DNA of 20,108 nucleotides from a virus. Shown piece after piece: positions 15,511-20,108 of this stretch (positions within the stretch are counted from its first letter, which is position 1; each line of letters opens with the position of its first letter). The position numbers and the translations under genes are program-made. Where the stretch lies: the IMG/VR virus record IMGVR_UViG_3300028024_000003. One strand, written 5' to 3'. The notes under the pieces are model-generated. The model was not told where the DNA came from. It saw only the letters and a list, made by a program, of their open reading frames with translations, and ran no database searches.

Positions 15511-15897
15511 ATGAAGGTACTGCTGAACACGGGAAGTTATGCATTCCGGCTTCATCGCCCGGTGCTCGAGGCTCTCTGGGAGTCCAATCCGGAGCTTTTC
15601 GACGACGAGCCCATTCCGAGCGAGGAATTTCAGGACATGGTGCCGCCCGGAAGTGGCAAAGCCGTGACGGATGTCTTCGCGTGGGCTGTCGAGCGAGACG
15701 GTGTCCTTCACTTTCTCACGCTATTCAGTCCGCAGCTGCGCACGCTGCCGGCGCTCATCGCGCGCGCGGAGCTGGGCGAGGAACTGGGACCCGGACTTCG
15801 CGTGGTCAATGCACCCAACTGGCCACAATGGCACGTTTTCGTATTCGAGAACGGCCGGGAATCGGTGTGCGAGAGCGCGGGTAGCGTCAGCGCATAA
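15511..15897 (+). CDS. Hypothetical protein (128 aa)
   Basis: Operon-like spacing after the PurA-like gene; ends just before a hairpin. Confidence 0.68.
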   Translation: MKVLLNTGSYAFRLHRPVLEALWESNPELFDDEPIPSEEFQDMVPPGSGKAVTDVFAWAVERDGVLHFLTLFSPQLRTLPALIARAELGEELGPGLRVVNAPNWPQWHVFVFENGRESVCESAGSVSA

Positions 15898-15911
15898 GGG
15901 AGCCGTTGGGC

Positions 15912-15943
15912 AAAAAAGAAAAGCCCCAGCAATGCCGGGGCTT
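15912..15943 (-). terminator. Terminator between convergent operons
   Basis: AAGCCCC.GC/GC.GGGGCTT stem with a long T-rich tract on the minus strand. Confidence 0.7.
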
Positions 15944-15962
15944 CAAGAGTTGAGATATGTGG

Positions 15963-16547
15963 CTATGCAGCCTGGACGGACGCATAGTTGTCAGTCTTGA
16001 GCTCTGCATCGAGCATGGCCCGGAAATGCGGCCACAACTCTCGCCAGAAGCCCTTTGCCTGGTTGCTTGGGGTCGTCACCACGAATTCCGTGCTCGCGCC
16101 GATGGATTCTTCGGTGCAGAGGTCACTGAGCACATGATGGAACGCGCACTCGCAGCTCTGTGCTTCGTCGCTGACGAGGTCGAGTTCATCCCACAGGTTG
16201 CGCGCGTCGTCAGCCGACAGGCCTTCTTCGCGACGCGACTCCAGGATAGCGGTCTTCACGCTGGCCACCGACGCAAGCCCGTCAAAGTTCTCGAACTCCT
16301 CTCCGAGACACTTCATCATGAAGCTCTCGAAGGAGATGCCCAACAGGAACTGCTTGAACGGGACCGCACAGTGATTCCAGGTGTGACAGAACGTGCCGAA
16401 GCTCGAATGCACGAGAATCTCGCCGCCGTAGACCTGCTGTGACGGCTGGGCCACGGTCTCCCGCGACCAGACGCTCAGGCATACGGTTGCATACTCGCCG
16501 TTGGCGCGAACCCGGTACATCTCACACGTCGATTTCGAACAGTTCAT
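15963..16547 (-). CDS. Hypothetical phage-like protein (194 aa)
   Basis: RBS GGAGAGG, protein-like sequence and a terminator downstream. Confidence 0.78.
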   Translation of the reverse strand: MNCSKSTCEMYRVRANGEYATVCLSVWSRETVAQPSQQVYGGEILVHSSFGTFCHTWNHCAVPFKQFLLGISFESFMMKCLGEEFENFDGLASVASVKTAILESRREEGLSADDARNLWDELDLVSDEAQSCECAFHHVLSDLCTEESIGASTEFVVTTPSNQAKGFWRELWPHFRAMLDAELKTDNYASVQAA

Positions 16548-16558
16548 CGTCCCTCTCC

Positions 16559-16822
16559 TTATGCTTTGACGTCGATTAGTGCGCCAGGGCGGTAAGGCTC
16601 ATTGGCAGCCAGGGTACGCGGCTGGGTAGCCGGCTCCTGCTGTTGCAGTTGCGGCGCGCGCGCGGCGCGACGGTCCGCCTTCAGGCCACGCAGTTCAGGC
16701 GGGAGGTAACCGGACAGGAAGTCCGAGAAGCTCCGCATGTTCTCTGCTTGGCCGACCGGTGTTACCGCGGGTCCAACCGGCGTTACCGCCGTCGATACAG
16801 GCTTCTTGGGGATAGTGTTCAC
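16559..16822 (-). CDS. Hypothetical low-complexity protein (~87 aa)
   Basis: RBS GAGGAG before GTG 16822, AVTPVG present twice, C-terminal GALIDVKA. Confidence 0.6.
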   Translation of the reverse strand: MNTIPKKPVSTAVTPVGPAVTPVGQAENMRSFSDFLSGYLPPELRGLKADRRAARAPQLQQQEPATQPRTLAANEPYRPGALIDVKA

Positions 16823-16919
16823 TTCCGTAGGCTCCTCAGGTGTTTGCTGTCCTGCTCCGTATAGGAAAAAGAACACCCTCACCTGCGACGCGCCGCGTCA
16901 GTGTTTGTGCGTAGAAATG

Positions 16920-16947
16920 AAAAAAGAGCCTTGAAAAAGGCTCTTTT
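16920..16947. terminator. Intrinsic terminator
   Basis: AAAAGAGCCTT-GAAA-AAGGCTCTTTT. Confidence 0.8.
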
Positions 16948-16960
16948 GAGAGAACTGCGC

Positions 16961-18133
16961 TTATGCGTCAGGTTGCATTAACCGGGTACGCGAGAGCACA
17001 AAGTAAGGAATGAGCCCACCCGTATCGAGCTTGAGGCCGGCGCGCGCGGCCAGCTCGGGAAACTCCTCGGGCTCGCCGCAGTGATAAAGGTAGTACGTGC
17101 CGGGCTCAACCGTGAGCCGGTGCGTATGCCTGCTGACAACAGGTTCCTTCAGGTACTCGTCGACCACTTCCTTCGCCGTGTCCGGAAACGTGCGACCGAC
17201 CAGTTCGACGAGTTTTTCGTACTCGACAAACGAGGCGGCCCACAGGTCCGTACAGACCTTGCAAATCTTGGTCAGACGGGCAGCGACTTCCTCATCCGCG
17301 TCGTCCTCATAATGCTGGCCGACGATGACCTGGTTGCCGTCCTGATAGACGCCGGGGCTCGAATTGCTGACAAACACGCTGACCACGCCAAACTGCTCGG
17401 CGAGATGGCGCGCGCTGTCGATTACCCCTTGACGGGACTCAAGCGAGATATGCTTTTCCTTCGTGGCCTCCGTGAATGCCTTGATGCGGAACCAGTCCGA
17501 AACGAGCAACTGACCGGTCTTCAGTTCAAGCACGGTTTCCTGCAGGGTCGGCGCCGACAATGGCTCAATCGGAAAAAGACCGCCGCGTTTGGAGTCGATG
17601 CGAAACCCCTCTGCTTTCCAGTCATTGAATCGGAGCGACACCGGCAAGCCGCTATTCTGGCAAGTCTCGTGCTCCAGCCCCGACGAAATGAAAGAGCCCT
17701 GACTGAATTCACCGACGTACTGGTCGAATGCCACGCTCTTGTCCAGCGCAGCCGCGGCTTCAACACCTTTGTCTTTCAGCGTGCGCTCATACGGCCAGAC
17801 GATTCGGTGCGTCAGCGTGTGCGCGAAAAGCTTGGCCAGTCGCTCCAGTTTTTCGTTCGCGGCTTCGCCGGCTGCCGCTTCCTGCGACAGCAGTGCGACG
17901 TCGTTCCAGATGTTCCAGGTTCGCGTGAGATAGCCTTCGCTGTTCGGGATAACCATGATGCGGTCTTCAGCCTTCAGCGCCCGGAAGAAGGACACCAGCG
18001 CAGGGACCACGATGACAGCCAGGTTCTTGAAATACTGCGTTCGCCATGCTTCGGTGACGTTGTCGTCTCCGCGCGCGTTGTCGAAAAAAGGCTGCAGGGC
18101 TGCGAGGGACAGGTAATCGTTCAGATTGGGCAC
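16961..18133 (-). CDS. Hypothetical protein (390 aa)
   Basis: RBS AGGAG before GTG, long ORF and a terminator downstream. Confidence 0.82.
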   Translation of the reverse strand: MPNLNDYLSLAALQPFFDNARGDDNVTEAWRTQYFKNLAVIVVPALVSFFRALKAEDRIMVIPNSEGYLTRTWNIWNDVALLSQEAAAGEAANEKLERLAKLFAHTLTHRIVWPYERTLKDKGVEAAAALDKSVAFDQYVGEFSQGSFISSGLEHETCQNSGLPVSLRFNDWKAEGFRIDSKRGGLFPIEPLSAPTLQETVLELKTGQLLVSDWFRIKAFTEATKEKHISLESRQGVIDSARHLAEQFGVVSVFVSNSSPGVYQDGNQVIVGQHYEDDADEEVAARLTKICKVCTDLWAASFVEYEKLVELVGRTFPDTAKEVVDEYLKEPVVSRHTHRLTVEPGTYYLYHCGEPEEFPELAARAGLKLDTGGLIPYFVLSRTRLMQPDA

Positions 18134-18228
18134 GGTTATCTCCTATGAAGTGTGGCCTACTGGCGTATAGAGCACCGGACGTGAAGAAGCCCCGGCATGC
18201 GCGCGGGGCTTGAGTGAAAACGGCTGGA

Positions 18229-18543
18229 TTACGACAGCAACGCGCCGCCGCTCACGTTCAGTTTCCTGGAAAGCGTGTCCCTGAACATCGACATCAGAGC
18301 CGCCGCAACGATGGGTTTGCCGTATTCGGTCAGCTCGAGGCTGTCGACATCGCCACCTTCGACGGTCTTCACCGCGACAACCGCGCCAGTCGCATCCTTG
18401 TAACGAATGGTGCCGAAGTCACCTTCCTCACCGTCGACGCAGACGTAGTCGGTGTGGTCGGCGGTCAGCTTGAGGTCCTGCCGTTCGAGCAGACGGCTGA
18501 AGTCGAACAACAGCTCCTGTTCCCAGATGTCACGCAAATCCAT
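18229..18543 (-). CDS. Hypothetical acidic protein (104 aa)
   Basis: RBS GGGGAG before ATG 18543, which overlaps the end of the upstream gene. Confidence 0.68.
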   Translation of the reverse strand: MDLRDIWEQELLFDFSRLLERQDLKLTADHTDYVCVDGEEGDFGTIRYKDATGAVVAVKTVEGGDVDSLELTEYGKPIVAAALMSMFRDTLSRKLNVSGGALLS

Positions 18544-18898
18544 GGCAGCGCTCCCCCGGGTTGCGTTTTTTCTGGGTCGCCTTTTCGATAGCAGCGAGCG
18601 CAGATTCGAGTGCATCACACGCGGCCGGAGTTCCGGTCGCCGCTGCAGCTTCAAGAGCCGGCAGTGCTGCGCGCAGTGCGTCCAGCATATCGGGCGATGC
18701 CGACATCAGATACGCGTTCGCCACAGCTTCAGTCTGGCTCACGGCCGCATCCCACGTGTAGGGATAGAAGCCGCCAGGGCGCACGACTGTCTTGTCTTCC
18801 TCGTTGGTGGCTTCGATGGACAGCGGCCAGCCTGTCCACTGCCCGCCGTCATCCGCAATGAATACGTTCCAGGGACCCTCGGTATGACGTGTCTTCAT
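18530..18898 (-). CDS. Phage-like hypothetical protein (HTxGPW...ANA.L..A.P.ML.AL type)
   Basis: MKTRHTEGPW and ANAYLMSASPDMLDAL resemble a common small phage protein pattern; RBS GAGGA. Confidence 0.78.
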   Translation of the reverse strand: MKTRHTEGPWNVFIADDGGQWTGWPLSIEATNEEDKTVVRPGGFYPYTWDAAVSQTEAVANAYLMSASPDMLDALRAALPALEAAAATGTPAACDALESALAAIEKATQKKRNPGERCHGFA

Positions 18899-18951
18899 GT
18901 TTTCCTCGTCAGTAGGTTGAAATGAAACTGCCTACTGACGTATAGGGCGCG

Positions 18952-19497
18952 CTAGGGCTTGCGGGCGATACAGCCCTGGAGGTGCGGCGTGGGGTCGAGC
19001 AGTCCATTCGGACGGCGCGTGTTGTCCAGCCACTCAATGTCGGCGGTGTTGCCCGCTTCGCGAAGCTCGAGGTGGAGCATCGCGCGCGGCCGGCCCTTGT
19101 CCTTGCGCAGCACCGGAATGACCCTGCCAACTGGCATGCCCGCTTCGACCTGCGCGCCGACCTCGCAGAACGGTTTGATTTCGCCGTAGACCACGACGCC
19201 CGACGGGCCTTCAACAAAGACCGCCCAGGTGTCCAGCCAGTGAGCGAGCGTAGGGCCGGCGTGCGGCCCCGTAAACGGCTTGACCGCCACGACCTTGCCC
19301 GTCTCCACCGAGAACACCACTGTGCCCTCGGGGACGTACAGGTCGACGCCTTCGTGCGTGTGGAATTTGCGCTGGACACCGAACGCACCCGGATGTGGCG
19401 CGAGCGGCAAGCCCGTTTCGCCTTCGTGCATCGAGACAAACGACTCGCTATCCGTGGTCGGAACGAGCGCAAGCGGGATGGGTGACACCCAGGGCAT
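18952..19497 (-). CDS. M23 family metallopeptidase
   Basis: HEGVDL (HxxxD), GTVVF...GKVV, G.QVEAG..VG and LHLE; RBS GGGAG before ATG 19497. Confidence 0.85.
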   Translation of the reverse strand: MPWVSPIPLALVPTTDSESFVSMHEGETGLPLAPHPGAFGVQRKFHTHEGVDLYVPEGTVVFSVETGKVVAVKPFTGPHAGPTLAHWLDTWAVFVEGPSGVVVYGEIKPFCEVGAQVEAGMPVGRVIPVLRKDKGRPRAMLHLELREAGNTADIEWLDNTRRPNGLLDPTPHLQGCIARKP

Positions 19498-19509
19498 AAA
19501 GACTCCCAA

Positions 19510-20028
19510 TCAGCTGAAGCCAGCCGTAGCAAACGCGGCGAGAACGCATAGACCTACCGCAAGGTGCAGCGCGTTGGCAAATACAACAACGATGAAGCTC
19601 GATACGGCATTGAGCCAGGCCGGCGTCCCGCCCGCCGCGCCAAATGCAGCATAGAGCGCATCCATCGACGGCAGATGGATGAAAAGGTATTCGAGCACGA
19701 TGCAAAACACGACTATGCCGAGAAGGGCCGCGGCGCCGCGCAACTTTGTCTTGAACGCGGCCTCATCGTTGAGCGCGAGTGCGAGCACATAACTGGTGCC
19801 GAAAAATCCAACCCCGCCCGTCACGAGCCAGCTCGTAAGCGGCGAACCTTCGGTCCAGGCGTCAACCGCGTGGTCGAAGTTCGCGATGACAGCGCATACC
19901 CGTGCGACACCTACGCCGACCGTGAACGGAGCGGTGACGAGGAGCAGCAGAAGAACCGTGACGAGCAAATACGCACGCAGCGGCGTAATGAGTGGTTTCT
20001 GAATCGCTTCAGCGGGTGCGGCAGTCAT
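19510..20028 (-). CDS. Hypothetical integral membrane protein (about 4 TM segments)
   Basis: Several long hydrophobic stretches; RBS AAGGA. Confidence 0.75.
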   Translation of the reverse strand: MTAAPAEAIQKPLITPLRAYLLVTVLLLLLVTAPFTVGVGVARVCAVIANFDHAVDAWTEGSPLTSWLVTGGVGFFGTSYVLALALNDEAAFKTKLRGAAALLGIVVFCIVLEYLFIHLPSMDALYAAFGAAGGTPAWLNAVSSFIVVVFANALHLAVGLCVLAAFATAGFS

Positions 20029-20037
20029 GGATTGTCC

Positions 20038-20108
20038 TTATCGGGCGCCGCCGCGCGTCGTGACGCGCACCAGCCCCTTGCATTGGCCGTTCTTCCCGTC
20101 CAGCCGGC
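20038..20108 (-). CDS. 3' end of an upstream gene (partial)
   Basis: Open frame ...RLDGKNGQCKGLVRVTTRGGAR-TAA whose stop overlaps the next RBS. Confidence 0.4.
   Translation of the reverse strand, partial: RLDGKNGQCKGLVRVTTRGGAR

Overview
GC-rich accessory DNA that looks like a large plasmid, ICE or phage-plasmid; a betaproteobacterial host is my inference from composition and gene style. The left edge holds the probable left end of an IS66-family element that truncates an ArdC-like gene. Next come a 40-aa very acidic peptide, HU, an orphan promoter-terminator unit (candidate sRNA), a dNMP kinase, a tandem MazG-like protein, a four-domain SLOG/Macro-like/NADAR-like/DUF4326 fusion ending in a clamp-binding-like motif, LysE and a T5orf172 GIY-YIG protein. 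A plus-strand block (8388-15897) encodes a J-domain/degenerate kinase protein, a vWA protein, a 757-aa helical+TerD protein and a divergent adenylosuccinate-synthetase-like ligase. The most striking feature lies between the vWA and TerD-fusion genes: two tandem structured ncRNA candidates, each with its own promoter. They share a 64-nt core with compensatory base changes and a variable 8-nt loop segment, suggesting an RNA-protein system I cannot assign to a known family. The right end holds phage-like hypothetical genes and an M23 peptidase. All family assignments come from recognising motifs by eye; no database searches were run.
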